Assembly (NCBI GenBank): GCA_951406725.2
Contig: OX597815.1
Location: forward strand, 61,938,001 to 62,002,000
Direction of reading: 5' to 3'
Source: Octopus vulgaris
Lineage: Eukaryota
Length of the DNA: 64,000 nucleotides
Below are positions 11,706 to 26,304 of the stretch, in pieces. Both the position numbers and the translations under genes were made by a program. Position 1 is the stretch's first letter. Each line of letters begins with the position of its first letter. A model generated the notes under the pieces. It did not search any database. It saw only the letters and a program-made list of their open reading frames with translations, and was not told where the DNA came from.

Positions 11706-12273
11706 CCAAAATGTTTAACATTTGCTTTACTCAAGAAACTTTCGCAATATGTAATTTTCGGCAGTTTTAATAGATTTTTCGGAGCTGCTCGAAGAGACTT
11801 TGAAATTCTTTTGTTTAATTTAATGAGATTTGAAGATAAAAGGGGCACAACTTTAAGACCAATCCTCTACATTCTGTTCACCCTGGTGCGTCCGTCATGA
11901 TATAAGCTGATCGATCCGGATGTCTCAACTAGATAATCAGAAATCAGCCACAATATCTGTATGGTAGATAGTCACTGCTTGTATTTTAAGCATAGATCTC
12001 TATGCTCCCCTGATTGTGCATCATGGCTGCTGTATCTGTCTTTGACATAATCTGTATTACTGTTATGTCATCATGTGACCCGATGTGAAAGACCTGTTCA
12101 GATGAGTGTTTAGTCATTTCACGCACCAGTTGCTTGCAAGTCATCAAGTTCAAAGAAATTTCTACCTTATCATATTGTCATGCCTCAGAGTTTATTCCTA
12201 TGGGCACGAAAACAGAAACCGGATATAATATTGATTACGTGTTCACCAAACGTGTGATCGTTCATCACACGCT

Positions 12274-12344
<71 letters not shown>

Positions 12345-12345
<1 letters not shown>

Positions 12346-12485
12346 CTCAAGATTAATCAGCCGAAATTACTACGATGATCCGGTTCTTGACTGAAGACTG
12401 AGGGTTTCGAATGTCCTGTCCGTGTTTATTGTATCGTCTTCTAAGAGTTATACGTTCTTGTCCATGTTGTATTTTTCTACATACC
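12345..12485 (+). mobile_element. Retroposon family G 3' end
   Basis: Homologous to 7215-7342 and 59465-59597. Confidence 0.75.
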
Positions 12486-13404
12486 TTAATATATATATAT
12501 ATATATATATAATACATATATATATATATATATATAATACATATATATATATATACACATTGGTGTCTGAGGGTGCAGTAAAGCTACTGGGAATGAGGGA
12601 CCCCTGGTTGTTGTCAAGGCACCCCTCTAGGAGAAGGCCACCTCTTATATAAAACCCGCTGCTTTACTGAAAGGAATAATTTGCTCTTTGCTTGTCTCTG
12701 AGCTTCTTGGTGTTGCTTGTGTGAGTCGTGATATTTGTACACCACTTGACTTCAAACCTGTACGGGGGACATTGCTGTCACTTTTCTGTCAACAGTACAC
12801 AACTATCGTGTATGTATGTATGTATGTATGTATGTATGTATGTATGTATGTATGTATGTATGTATGTATGTATGTATGTATGTATATTTGTATGTATGTA
12901 TGCATGTATGTACGGATGCGTGTGTGTGTGGGTGCGCACGGGCGCGGGTATATGTTTATGCCTGTGCATGTACATACATACATACTTATATTTTTAGATA
13001 TATGCAACAGCGAGATTGTCATGCATGATGTCTCGTAGAGCAATCAATCAGTCGATGGGTGACAAGTTCGAAATCAAATGTTGATAATTTGTACTTAGAG
13101 CCAAACAGTTTATTGTAAACTGCGTCGGTTCAATTTGCTATCGGAATCGATATCTTATGATTGAGGAACGTTCAGTGTTACGAATACAGCATCTCAAAGA
13201 TTTAGATTTCTTCTACTGCTCCAAGAAATAACAAAACGTCAGTTCTAATTTGTGTCGCTGACTCTCGAAGAATTTTTAAGGAGCGACACATATAGGTTAA
13301 TATAGAAAAAATTGTGTCGCTGTTACACGTGCATCACGGACAAACAGCTTTAAGTAAACGACCCCACTGATTGTTCATCAGAGATAACGATGGCGGCGAC
13401 GACG

Positions 13405-13481
<77 letters not shown>

Positions 13482-13979
13482 CATCATCATTATTATGATA
13501 TGATGATTATGATGATGATGAGTATCGTATTGATAAACTCTTTGTGGAGAAGTTGAGAGATGAATGTGATCGTTAGCTATAATTCCTTTCTCCTTCCCCT
13601 TCTCCTCACCGTCATCGTCGTTATCGTCGTCCTCCTCCTCCTCCTCATCGTCGCCACTGCCGTTGCCGCTAACTCATAACCGCCGCCACCACCACCACCA
13701 CCACCACCACCCTTAACAGTGAGGAGAATGCTATTTTCAGTTCTTTTATTTATTTATTTATTTATTTATGGAGTGAGGTGCACGCCACGCCTAGCCACCC
13801 GCACCCTTTCTCCCATAAAACTATCCAGAACACGATCACAGAGTGACGACATCAGCTGTAACTTGTCAGTAATTATATATCAGTATTTGACAATTCAACG
13901 CAACAGACACTTCATATATATATTCCTGCATAGCTATACCAAAATGTTTTATATAATAATAATAATAATAATAATAATG

Positions 13980-14053
<74 letters not shown>

Positions 14054-14100
14054 CATTATTATTATTATCATTATTATCGTTATTATCATTATTATTGTTG

Positions 14101-14162
<62 letters not shown>

Positions 14163-14583
14163 GAGTGAGAGAGCAGCTCATGCAATCAAAGTGACACTGA
14201 GGTACAGATATACGAAGCCCAATATACCTATCATGACTACCCGTCTGATAAGTGTACACCAGACGCATGAACAACATGTTTAAGGATGTTGAACGAAACA
14301 TCTATGTTTCCAGAAGTGAATTAGTCAAACCCCAAAGAATTTCTCTCAAAACATGACTATAATGCTTCCAACTACTTCCTTTCGTGATCAGAGATGCACA
14401 TTTCGTCAGCCACTAAGGGACATGCTTAACTGGTTAAAGTCAAGCAACTGACAAGCAAATCTGTGTTATTGAGCAGAATATTTGCTGCAGTCCATCTTTT
14501 ATACCAAGACAAAACAATGTACATGATAACTTCCAAGCTGTTAAGATGAGAATCAGTGAGAGCCACTGCCTGGTACTGCATCA
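14163..14583. repeat. Dispersed repeat D (second copy at 38035-38250)
   Basis: gtcagccactaagggacatgct...gtcaagcaactgacaagcaaatctgtg..attgag.agaatatttgct is shared between the two loci. Confidence 0.8.
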
Positions 14584-14629
14584 ATTATTGTTCATGTCGA
14601 GCAAGAACATTTTTCAATGTCCATGATGC

Positions 14630-14800
14630 TGGGTCACAACCAGTTCCCTTAGATATTGAGGACCTTCCTTACAGTTCTTGTTGTTCTTAATCGAGCAGAT
14701 TTCTGAATTAATGCAATTCTCGTGGTTTCACCAGGCTTAATGAGAAGGCTGTTAAGTTTGTTGGCGATAGTACCTTCAGCAACAGGGATTACCCTTCACA
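14630..14800 (-). mobile_element. R4/Dong-like non-LTR element, extreme 3' end
   Basis: RVIPVAEGTI...IALIQKSARLRTTRTVRKVLNI*. Confidence 0.65.
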
Positions 14801-14899
14801 GTCGTCATTTTTCCCAAGCCAAATCATGGTATCATCCTCCTCCTATTGTTTCTCATATATTCACAACAGATTAGACTGTTTGAAAAGAAATATTCCTAA

Positions 14900-16110
14900 C
14901 ACCAGACTACAACAAGCAGTCTTAGATGCCAAGAACCTTCCTAAGTGTCCTAGCTGTCCCTAATAACACTGTTTTCTGCAGCTGTGCTAGAATGGGTTTT
15001 ATGCTTATTTCCTCTATACATTTGTTCAAATATTTAGGGAGAGTTCCTAATGCACCTATAATTACTGGGATACATTTTACCCGCACTTTCTACAATCTCT
15101 GTAATTCAATGGCTAAGTTATTTGCTATTTTTTCTATACCTCTCATATTGATTTTTTTCATCACTTGGGACTGTAAAGTCAATTATCTGACATTTTTTAT
15201 TCCCTTTATCTACTACTACCACCAAATCAAGCTTCTAGCTTATATTACTCTGTCAGTCTGAATGTTAAAGTCCCACAACATCTTGTATTTCTTAATTTCT
15301 AGTATTTTACTAGGTTCATGATCATACCATTTATCAGTATGTTCAAATCCTAGCTTTCTACATAGCTCCCTATGGATTATTCTTCCTAGAGTGTCATGTA
15401 TTTTCTTGTAGTCTTTCTGTGCTAGCATGCTACATTCACTTATTATATGTGTAACACTCTTCTCTTTTGATTTGCATAATCTACATCGGAAATCTACTTG
15501 TTTTTTTTTTCTATCTTGGCTTTTATCCAATTAGTCATTAATGCTTGATCTTGTGCTGCTACTAACAAACTTTCTGTCTCCCTTTTCCAGCATTCCTTTC
15601 TGCAACGATAACCATGTCTCACTACTACTATTTCCTGCAACTATCTTTGGGAATCTATTATGCAAAACCTCCTGCCAGTCAGATAATTTCTATTTTTTTG
15701 TTTTGTTTTTAACTTCGCTTGATTTTTTTGTTTCACTATGTCTTGCTGTCACTCTTGCAGCTTTTAGTAAGCTTTCTTCACTATTACCTAGATAGGAGTC
15801 TATATCTACTCTAATTTCACACATTCTTCAACTGATATTAACCCACTTGCGCTTTCCTTTTTTGGTAGGTATAATCTTGCTACACCTCCCCAGTTCTTCT
15901 GTTTAGCTTTGCTAATTCAGTTTTTGTTCAATCTACAGAAGCTGCTGATTATCTTAGTAATGATACTTCCCTGGTATTTACAGCCTTCACTAGAATCCGA
16001 CCATTTAGCTTTGACTTCCTTAACCTTCCTCAATATTCGTCTTCCTTTTTGTAGTTAGTACCCTGTCAAATTCCAATACACCAATGCATTTATAACTCTC
16101 TCCTCCTTTC
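14900..16110 (-). mobile_element. R4/Dong-like non-LTR retrotransposon, decayed (RT thumb, CCHC knuckle, RLE)
   Basis: KSKLNGRILVKAVNT; VARLYLPKK..GLISVEEC; CRLCKSKEKSVTHIISECSMLAQKDYKKIHD; KWYDHEP; LWDFNIQTDRVI; IPVIIGALGT; LQKTVLLGTARTLRKVLGI*. Confidence 0.9.
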
Positions 16111-16164
16111 AATGGTCATCTGGTAATTGGATGCCTTAGCTGTTATGACAAGGTTGGCCCCCTT

Positions 16165-16320
16165 TCAGTTACAGCTACAACTCATTTTTGCCAGCTGAGT
16201 GGACTGCAGCAAGGTGAAGTAAAGTACCTTGCTCAAGAACACAGTGCGCTACTGGGAATCGTACTCATGACTTTATGATCGTGGGTCGAATACCCTTAAC
16301 CACTGAACACACACCTCCAT
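16165..16320 (-). mobile_element. tRNA-derived SINE family E fragment
   Basis: Minus-strand head tggaggtgtgtgttcagtggttaagg...tacgattccc, then cttgagcaaggtactttac...agtccactcagctggcaaaaatgagt. Confidence 0.65.
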
Positions 16321-16804
16321 TCTCTTAACCGTAGAGAAAGGAGTGAAGCGATAGAAGCAGAGAAAGGAAAGCCTCCGTCATTAAAAATGATAATTAGACT
16401 GAAATACGATCGATCCTTTCTAGCTTCTTTACTTTTAAAATTGAAGAAGAGGGAAGGCCATTTAGTAATGAATAGGGGGGAAGTCTTTCAGCTGTTTATG
16501 TTTTCATTCTGGGAGTTCTTGAATGATCGACTGTTTGTTCTCTCTTCTTTCCCCCCACCTCCGGTACTTATTCGCTTTCTTTCATTGTTCTTCATGTCTT
16601 TTAGTTAGGGGGGAAAGACCTTGTTTTTTTTCAGACACGTTTAATGTTTCCTCTACAAACTACAAACAAGCCCACCTCCCTTCTTTATTTTGCATACAAA
16701 ACTAATGCAAATTTCGAACAGGGTATAACTGTGAAAAGAGCCCAGAAAAATGGGTAATACCCCTACAAAATGGGTGAAGGAAATTCACCTCAATACTTTA
16801 AAGA

Positions 16805-17203
<399 letters not shown>

Positions 17204-17416
17204 CCAGAAGAACGTTCCATACCACCAAACCAAGAAGGTTCTTTGAATATGTACGATGTGTTTTATGGCTAAATAGTAATTCTGTTTACGTTTGCTTAAC
17301 AGGTATTTTAGTTGGATTATATAGTTATCGGTTTTACACTTCTTTCTTTATTCTGTAACTGTCACTATGTAGAAACATTTCTCATGGCACCAGCATCCAA
17401 TTTAAAAATGCTTACA

Positions 17417-17458
17417 TTTTTTATATTTTCCGTGAAGTTTCACGGAAAATATAAAAAA
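17417..17458. repeat. Perfect 20-bp-arm palindrome
   Basis: ttttttatattttccgtgaa-gt-ttcacggaaaatataaaaaa. Confidence 0.9.
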
Positions 17459-17676
17459 CGTCATTATAGCTAGTCATTATTATTACATCATTTTACTTCG
17501 CGGAGCCCTCCATTTTACTTGCTCCTGTTAATTCTGTGAGAGCGTACATCATTCTAGTCAAAGGTTTCACAGGGTCCCTTTCCTCTAATCTCAGACTCTT
17601 TACCGTCAGAATCGTCACAATTATTTTTGAGCATGTTCCACTCTCATACCAATTCCTATAACTATTATTATTATTA

Positions 17677-18029
<353 letters not shown>

Positions 18030-18092
18030 GAAAAATTACAGCTTATTTTGCTGGGTATGATGGAAAGTGTCAGCTGTCCACAGCCAGAAGCA

Positions 18093-18281
18093 AGCTGGCA
18101 GAGTCGTTAGCAAAATGCTTAGCAGCATTTCGTCCGTATGAGTTCAAATACCGCTGAGGCTGACTTTACCTTTCATCACCGGGGTTGATAAAATTAATTC
18201 CAGTTGAGAACTTCGGTCCATGTAATTGACTTACCACCTTCGAACTTACAGGCCTTGTGCCAAAATTTGAAATCATCATCA

Positions 18282-18324
<43 letters not shown>

Positions 18325-18545
18325 TGGGGCAATCGATTGATAAAATCGTTGTATGTCGGAGAAAACGCATTTTCAGTGTATGGTCCGGATCTTTAGTTCT
18401 GTGTTCGAATTCGGTGGAGTCGCCTTAGCCTTTCATCTGTCTTCTGTCGATAAAATAAAGTACCAGTCACGCGCTGATGTCGATATAATCGATTAATGCC
18501 CTCCTTTTAAAACTACTGACCTTGTTTGTGTCTTAATAAGAAACC
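18093..18545 (+). mobile_element. Two further tandem SINE family B copies (18093-18272, 18326-18545)
   Basis: Same cctttcatc...gataaaat.aa core, separated by an (ATT)n tract. Confidence 0.75.
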
Positions 18546-18669
18546 ATTATATCATCATCGTCATCATCACCACCACCACCACTAATATCGTCACCACCAC
18601 CATCATCATCATCACCACTACCTCTATCCTCCTCTTCATCATCATCAGATGTAAACAGATTCATTTTGT

Positions 18670-19050
18670 CACGAGACTTTATGACAAATCTCTTTTATTC
18701 CTCAAAGAATTTGTCAATAGTCGATGACAGTTCTAAGAAACCTCGTTATCCATTTTCTCAGTTCCAATGTTTTCCAGTCTCTAGAACTTCTATTTCTGTA
18801 TATTGTTCTCACTGTTCTTAAAACGCCAAGAATAACATACACTTTTGCGTCTCAAACCAAACTTTCTCAGTTCTTTAGTCGTATTTTTCATTATTTCTTC
18901 TTTCTTCGAAAATTTTCCCCCCGCAATATAAAAAAAGTAATGATCTTATAGTTCAGGCTATATTCGATCTCTCTACCTCTGTCATTCAATCCTTTTGCAC
19001 AGAGTAACATCAAACATCTTACAATAGTCATTTCAATATCACCGTCTGTC
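18670..19050 (-). mobile_element. Highly decayed R4/Dong-like 3' fragment
   Basis: Minus-strand remnants NDYCKMFDV and VILGVLRTV...RLENIG. Confidence 0.45.
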
Positions 19051-19546
19051 TGATGTTGCCATTTTGATGAAAGGAGATCTCTGTCGCTCGACCAGGAGGG
19101 TTCAGGTGTTCTATCAACTGAATTTGCTGCTCCTAAATTAACATGTAAATGGATGAGTATTCCAAGTCATGATCACTATGACACATTATGTGAGAATGTT
19201 GTACTCTTTTGAATTACAGGTACATTCCACTGGATGGGCTTCAGTACTATTCCCATCTCCCTAATTTCACTCAAAAGGTATGGGACTAGTCGAGGCCGTA
19301 GAAAACAGCGTTTGCCCAAGATGTCCCTGTGCGTTAAATTCATTCACTCTCATAATGTCTTTGGGTGCTTGGCATAAAAGCAAAATACTATTTGTTATAA
19401 TAGCATTGACTATAATGGCTGCCCCTTGTGCAAATGTTAAAGAGAATCAACCAGTTTCACTCTCTAGGTCGTCTCCATTTAGTTATGTGAGCCTTGTTTG
19501 TCACCCTTCCTAGTTCCGCCTCTGCTCTTCGTTTATTGTTCTATCG

Positions 19547-19657
19547 TTCCAAAAATAAACCGAAACATTTGGAATTTTCTAGAACACTTCTATAAAAACA
19601 GATCATTCCAAAAATAAACCGAAACATTTGGAATTTTCTAGAACACTTCTATAAAAA
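19547..19657. repeat. Tandem duplication, 52-bp unit with 59-bp period
   Basis: ttccaaaaataaaccgaaacatttggaattttctagaacacttctataaaaa occurs twice. Confidence 0.95.
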
Positions 19658-20798
19658 TATATTAAGACTACCATTTCTATCACTACAGCCAGACAAACAT
19701 AGATATATAAAACACAACGCAAAACAGTAATAGTTTCATAGAACTAAATATTAGCAGGTATACTTGGAACTACTCATAAAGGCCGAGGGATAGCAGCAAA
19801 AGATATAATGTACTCAAAGGAGTAGGGAAACATCCCTGCAGCACCCTTCTCGAAGAACTTCTGATAAGGACCACATCTGAAGCCCTTGGAATATTATAGA
19901 AAAATTTGCACATAATGATTCTTCAAAGCAAAACTGTGTTACACTTGGGTTTTTCAGGGGCATTCAAGAGCTTGGGTTGTTAACATAAGGGTGTAGGATA
20001 TCTAAATGCTTTTGGTCTTCTAAACGATCTCATATCTTTCTGTGAAGATTTCGTAACCATCCGCGTATTTCTTCTACCTTATAGTATTCATATCATTGGT
20101 CTGCATCGAATTGTCTCGAGTACCTAGATTTGTAGGTCAGTGCTTATGAACGTGAATAACGGCAGAAGCAAAACTTTAATGCCAGCAAAAGTTTGTACCC
20201 TAATTGGGGCCGGTCAACCAAACTCCGTCAGGCGTCTGAAAACATTCCTGGTATCTACTAATTAGTGTCAGTGAGTAACTGGAGTGAAGCAACTGAGTGA
20301 ATCTACTCTGAGTATACGGCGGTCAACCTGAGGTCATAACCAGGAGATTACATTGCCCTTAGTAATTAGGGATCAATGGGATCCTTTAATACTTAAATTA
20401 ATTCAAATTTTCTTTCATCTGTAGCTCCTCGTTGTAAAGTGATTCATCTGTTGCTCATGTGGCAATAAACTATCAATATCATTTTTACAAACGGCTTCGG
20501 ATGTTGGAATCAGCTGATCACTTTACGGCGCTTAATAAACCCTTCTTACGTTTTGAATCTTAAAAGTCGAGTTCTACTTTTATTAAATAATGTCGGTAAC
20601 CCTAAATAATTGTGAAGTATAGGGGTGGATTTATGTCACGATAATTAAAAATAGCCTTGTGGCTTCTTCTTTCTAATTCCACTGAGGTCAACTTTGCTTT
20701 TCACCCTTCCGAGGTCAAGAAAATAAATACCAGTTAAGTACTGAGATCCTTCTAATATCATCTTCTCGTTCTCCCTCCAATTTCTGACTTTGTGCCAA

Positions 20799-20845
<47 letters not shown>

Positions 20846-20871
20846 AAAACAACAACAACAACAGCAACAAC

Positions 20872-20909
<38 letters not shown>

Positions 20910-21772
20910 CTCGTAATGCTAATAAATAATTGATGCAAAGATTTTTCTCAACTAATTAATTCATAGTGTAAATAGTAAACAAATTAGCACAAACAATTCT
21001 CCATAATTATCGCCAACTAACTTCTGGCTTCAGGGGAAGCAAGTAAAAGTTTATTAAAATTTTACTTTTTTTCCTATTAAAAATCGTTTATTAATGAGCC
21101 GTGAGTAAATGGTAATGATTTGAAATTAAAAAAAAATTTTGCCCTCCTCACCCACACTTCTACAAACTCCTACACATACATACACACACACTCTCACTCT
21201 CTCACACACGAATTCAAATAAGAAATAACCAAAATAAATAAAATATATATAACATATTTCTTTGATATCGTAGTTCAATACGAAAGATAAGCTGGCTGAG
21301 TGTATTTTGCTGTAGGTTTTATTGTTGTTGATGTTGCTGTATTTTCTAATTTTGTGTTTCAGTAATTAAGCAATTAATACATATTCTTAATTGATTAATA
21401 AATGGTTGTAATGACGACATAAATGTACTTTGACTCCGTACTTGAAGTATTGATTTCTTTTTATTATTTATCTTTTTTTTGCTTTAAATAATGACTGGAG
21501 ATTGGGGAGGTGGAATTTAGGAGGTTAAAATAACCCTTGTTTCATTGTTTGGTGGATGTTCTTAATCCTACTAGAAATACGGCACCGTGAGCACTGTTTT
21601 ACTTGATTAATTGGCACCTTAATGTCTAATGAAGAAAGAATAATAAAGAATAATAATAATGAAGAAGAAGAAGAAGAAGAAGAAGAAGAAGAAGAAGAAG
21701 AAGAAGAAGAAGAAGAAGAAGAAGAAGAAGAACAACAACAACAACAACAACAACAACAATAATAACAATTAT

Positions 21773-21990
21773 TATTTCTAATATAGGTACAAGGCTTGAT
21801 AATGGAATGGGGAAGGGGCTAGTACATTACATCGACCCAGTGCACGACTGGTACTTATTTCATCGAACCCGAAAGAATAAAAGGTAAAGTTGATATTTGA
21901 TGGCTTTAAGCTCAGAGCGTATAAAGACCCGGAATAAATCCTGCTTAGAATTTTGTCTAAAGCGCTAAGGTTTCTGCCAGCTCGCCGCTC
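21773..21990 (-). mobile_element. SINE family B
   Basis: Reverse-complement head gagcggcgagctggcagaaac with the core ...ataagtaccagtc. Confidence 0.8.
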
Positions 21991-21991
21991 T

Positions 21992-22119
<128 letters not shown>

Positions 22120-22149
22120 TGATGATAATAACAATAATAATAATCTGGG

Positions 22150-24122
22150 ATTTCAAGGGCTAACAAAAATCAATTATAATATGTAGGGACAAATACAGGA
22201 CAAAAGTTACAAAGGGTTTTGTCCGTTTCCAAAAAGTCCGTGTACAAAAGCAGGATAACAACGAAAATATAACAAGTAAAAACTCCCAATATGGGGAGGC
22301 GCTTCGAAAGGTTACTCGTGGAAAAACCCATAAAAGCCACGGGAGCCTGGTCAAAAGGGGTGGGGGTAGAGAGCCCCTTTCTCCTTGTATATTACCTTTT
22401 CATATCATAGGTATATCTTCAGAATTGGTCCGTTCATACTGGCCATTCTTGCGACATTCACCCAACTTTCAATAAACTTGCTACCAGACAGCACTTCCCT
22501 CTCTACTCTCATCTTCCCTTTCAAGTGAAACTTGAAAAAGTTGATGAGGCCTTGGCCAAAGAAGAAAGTGTCTGACCTTAGTCCTTTCAAACGGGTCCAC
22601 CATACCACATCTTTCGCTACAGCCATTAGGCAAAGGAAAGCTACCTTTCCCTCCCGGTTAAAGGAGGTCGGCGGGGCAATCTTCACTATGGATTCAACTG
22701 ATAGCCAGATCCGTCCTATACGCGACAGTAGCTGTTCGACATAAACCCATAGTTCAGCAATACTCGGGCACTGGACGAGTGCGTGCAAAATGGTTTTGTC
22801 GTCCTGGGTGCACCTCGGGCAGGCCCGGCTGACGGCACTTCCGTGCCGGTAGAGTTTATCCCGAACAGGCAAAGTCCCTCGGTAGCATTGCTAGGCGAGG
22901 GACCTTTGGAAATTATCCATTGGCCCCGGCCCGAAAGTTCTTCCGAACAGACTGCTTAGCTCGTTATCGTCAACGCCTAGAGTTTCCCTGAGAACGTCGT
23001 CGCACTTTTCATAGAACGCTAGAGTGGAACTACTACCGATCGCATTGCCCGCTTGGTGGAGGGCGGAGAGAGCTTGACGGCACTCGAGGTGCCAAGCGCC
23101 CTTTCTCGGTCTGCGTTTGATCCAGGATTGCAGCTCTGTCAAAGAGACAAGCTGTGGAAAGTCGCGTCTGACAAAAGACGACCACACCTGTTCACCGTCT
23201 AGGAAACGCTTGAGATGCCGTGGCCTGAGCGTATGTCTGCGAATCAGTAACCACGGCATGTCAAGGCCTCCGTTCAGCGGCCGTTGACAGCAGATGGAGC
23301 GCCTGACCAGTGGTACCTGACCCTTCCACAAAAAGTCGAAGAGCAAGCGCACCAGCTTGGCCAACCAGAGATTGGAACAAGGGACGACGGTCAATCGGTA
23401 ATAGATGACGGATGCGATGTACGCATTCGCCACCTCCGTTCGACCTTTCAGGGACAGCTTCCTCTCGGCTCATTTCTGGGTGAGATTGGTCACTCTGTTC
23501 GTCACCTCTTCCCAACATTTATCCACCTGGAGGTCTGGACCGAACCAGACCCCGAGCAGTTTAACGGGTCCGTCTGTCCAGCGCCCTACGACACTGTTGG
23601 ACGGCATGGACTTGCCTCTCCATGTGCCCAGTTGCAACCCCACGGACTTTTCCGCGCTAATCTTTGCACCTGTCACCGCTTCGTACTCATTTAGTGTCTA
23701 GCCAATCTGGTCAATGTGCCTGTGGCTCGACACCATCACGGTGATGTCGTCGGCATAGGCAGACACGTTGTTTCCACCTCCTAGATCGCGCGGGATACCC
23801 CTCAAAACCTCCAACTTGCGCAGTAATGGCTCGAGAGTCAATACGTACAAGAGGGAGGAGAGAGGGCATCCTTGGTGAACCGAATGCGAGATGTCAAACG
23901 GCTCCGAAAGGTGACCGTTCACCCGTATCACCGAGCAGATGTTGCAGTACAAAGCAGCGATCCACCCGCGGAAGACTGGACCGAAACCGGCTGCCTTGAG
24001 AACAGCTGCCAGGTATCGATGGTCAACCCTATCGAAGGCTTTACTCTGATCTAAATTGATCAAAGCCCCACCCGCGCCAGTGTCGTTATCCACCCTTTAT
24101 GATGTAGCGCATGAGATGGAGA
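22150..24122 (-). mobile_element. Tx1/L1-clade LINE, 5'-truncated ORF2 (RT plus C-terminal zinc finger) and 3' UTR, with stops and frameshifts
   Basis: LDQSKAFDRVDH; QGCPLS; AYADDITV; GAKISAEKS; LLGVWFG; LFDFLWKG; NGGL; LPVRDKLYRH..CPRC..HALVQCP. Confidence 0.93.
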
Positions 24123-24439
24123 TTATAATAGTAATAATAATTTCTTTTATTATTTCTACATTAGTAATAATATCAGTACATTTTATTAAACATCGGGGAA
24201 GAGATGAGAGGGGACATCAGAAGGACAGATAAAAGTTTGTGTGGGGATTTACGTAACGGATGGAGAAAAAAAGAATGGAAAAGACGGTGAAATACGATAA
24301 AAGTATACATAGTATACTTATGTGCCCCTCAAAAGTTCTAGCTTCTGCAGCAAAGATTCGAATGTCAGAACGTATAAAGATGAGAAAAGACACTCCTGAC
24401 CGACGGCACACGAAATAGAAAACTGTTCTGAGAGGTTAC

Positions 24440-25165
24440 CGTTTACTTATACCACCGAGTAAGCGTCAGTGTGCATTGCTGCAATCCAGCTTTTGGAAAC
24501 GAGGTCGAAACCGTCTGCTTTTAGGACAGCTGCCAACTAGCGATGGCCGAGACTATCGAAAACTTTTAACTAATCCTAATTGGTCAGAACCCCACCGATT
24601 TCAGATTTTCTACGCACTCCGTCTATGATGCAACGCATGTGGAGGAGGTTGCCGCAGGCAGATCTATTGAGGATCGCACACATTGGAGCTTCTCCGACCA
24701 AACCACGCCCTCACTCTGCTCTTCATGTCGCTATTCGACAGCATGGCCCTTCCTCTCCAGCTGCTCAGTTACAGGCCATTGACTTCTCCTGGCTAATTTT
24801 TGCTCCTGTTATAGTCTTGTAGTTCCTCAGAGTAGCTTGATCACCTCGATGTGTTTTGTGTTCGATACTATTGTAGTGGTGTCGTCCGCATATGCAAACA
24901 GATTTTGCACATTCTAGTTCACGCGGGGTGCTCCTCGAAACCTCTGTGGTAGTGGCTCTGGAGTCAGTACGTACAGAAGTGGTGAGAGGTGACATCCTTG
25001 ATGGACTGGACGTATGACACTAAACGGTTCCGACAAGTGGTCATTTACTGTGACTACCGAGCAAATGTCACTGTACATGGCAGCAATCTAGCTTCTAAAG
25101 AAGTCCCGAAACAAACAGCCTTGAGGAAAGCTGTCAAGTATTGATGGTCAACCCTATCAAACGCA
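24440..25165 (-). mobile_element. Two older decayed Tx1-like RT fragments
   Basis: 24500-24600 and 25100-25165 repeat the AFDRVDH.YLAAVL segment. 24765-24900 carries AYADD-like and ITGAKISQEKS remnants. Confidence 0.75.
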
Positions 25166-25760
25166 AAAGCTTAGGTAGAAGAACTATACAGTTGCTCGCA
25201 ATCCACAACGCACACCATCCTAAAAGTATTATCGGTAGACTCTACTCATCAACAAAAGAAGGAGGCAGAGGATTACTAAATGCAGAAGACACCCTTACTG
25301 GGGTTGAAAACTTATGTCGTGCTGGGTAAAGAAAGAATATTATCGGCAGCTAGAGATACCCCAAAATTTGCTTCTCCATCTGCTTATTCTATTGAATTCA
25401 ATAGAATAAGCAGATGGAAAAGAATGGAATTGCATAGCCAATTTATGCAACAAACCGAGGATCTTGGAAGAACCCTGAATGTGGCTGACAGGTGAAATCA
25501 TAAAGAGGCTGAATCGCTGATTTGATCAGGAATAAGTTATTAGACGGATTTGTTAAAGTCAAGGAGTGACAATATTTAATGACAGAGCAAATACAAAAGG
25601 TCTGGAAAAGAGGACGAAAGTATTAACCATTCTCTGAATTTAGTAGGCTATAAGTGCCAGTATGACTGTGTCAGTAAAGGAGTTGCATTGTGATGTTTGT
25701 GGATTCGAAGTGAGAGAAAAAATAGTATGAATACGAGTCAGGCTGTAATGGCGAATTATA
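25166..25760 (+). mobile_element. R4/Dong-like LINE fragment
   Basis: HNAHHPKSIIGRLYSSTKEGGRGLLNAED; RWKRMELHSQF; DESINH. Confidence 0.8.
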
Positions 25761-26252
25761 ATTAGCGTTAAAATGTAACATTGTACACCTCATCGGAACA
25801 GAACTCTATAAAGAGGGTCTGAAACAGAGTTAACAGGAAGACATTGCAGATACTAAAAGTTAAGGAGGGAAGTTTTAAAATGATTATTAAACTGTTGCAT
25901 AATTTCACTGATAGTGATACCATTACTAACAATATCATTATTACATTTCCTTGTACTTATTGTTATGTTTATTCATGAATATGTTTATTAAGATGCAACT
26001 ACTGTCGACATTGTTTAAATTATCTTTATTTTTTAATATTTCCAAATTCTTTGGGAGAGGGAGTGTCCTTTCTTTCACCCTTCTCCATATGAAGACTTTC
26101 TACTACCATTACTGATGACTCCTGCTCAGCCTGCTCCTCTTGATCCTGGTCCTGCTCCTGTTCCTCTTCTCCTACTCCTCCTCCTCCTGCTGCTGTTCCT
26201 CCTGCTGTTCCTCCTCCTGCTCCTCCTGCTCCTCCTCCTCCTCCTCCTCCTC

Positions 26253-26304
<52 letters not shown>

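Noticed and set aside
19547-19657. Direct repeats resembling a CRISPR array
   Set aside because: Only two units with a 7-nt spacer in a eukaryotic context. It is a simple tandem duplication, as are 4236-4400 and 10394-10471.
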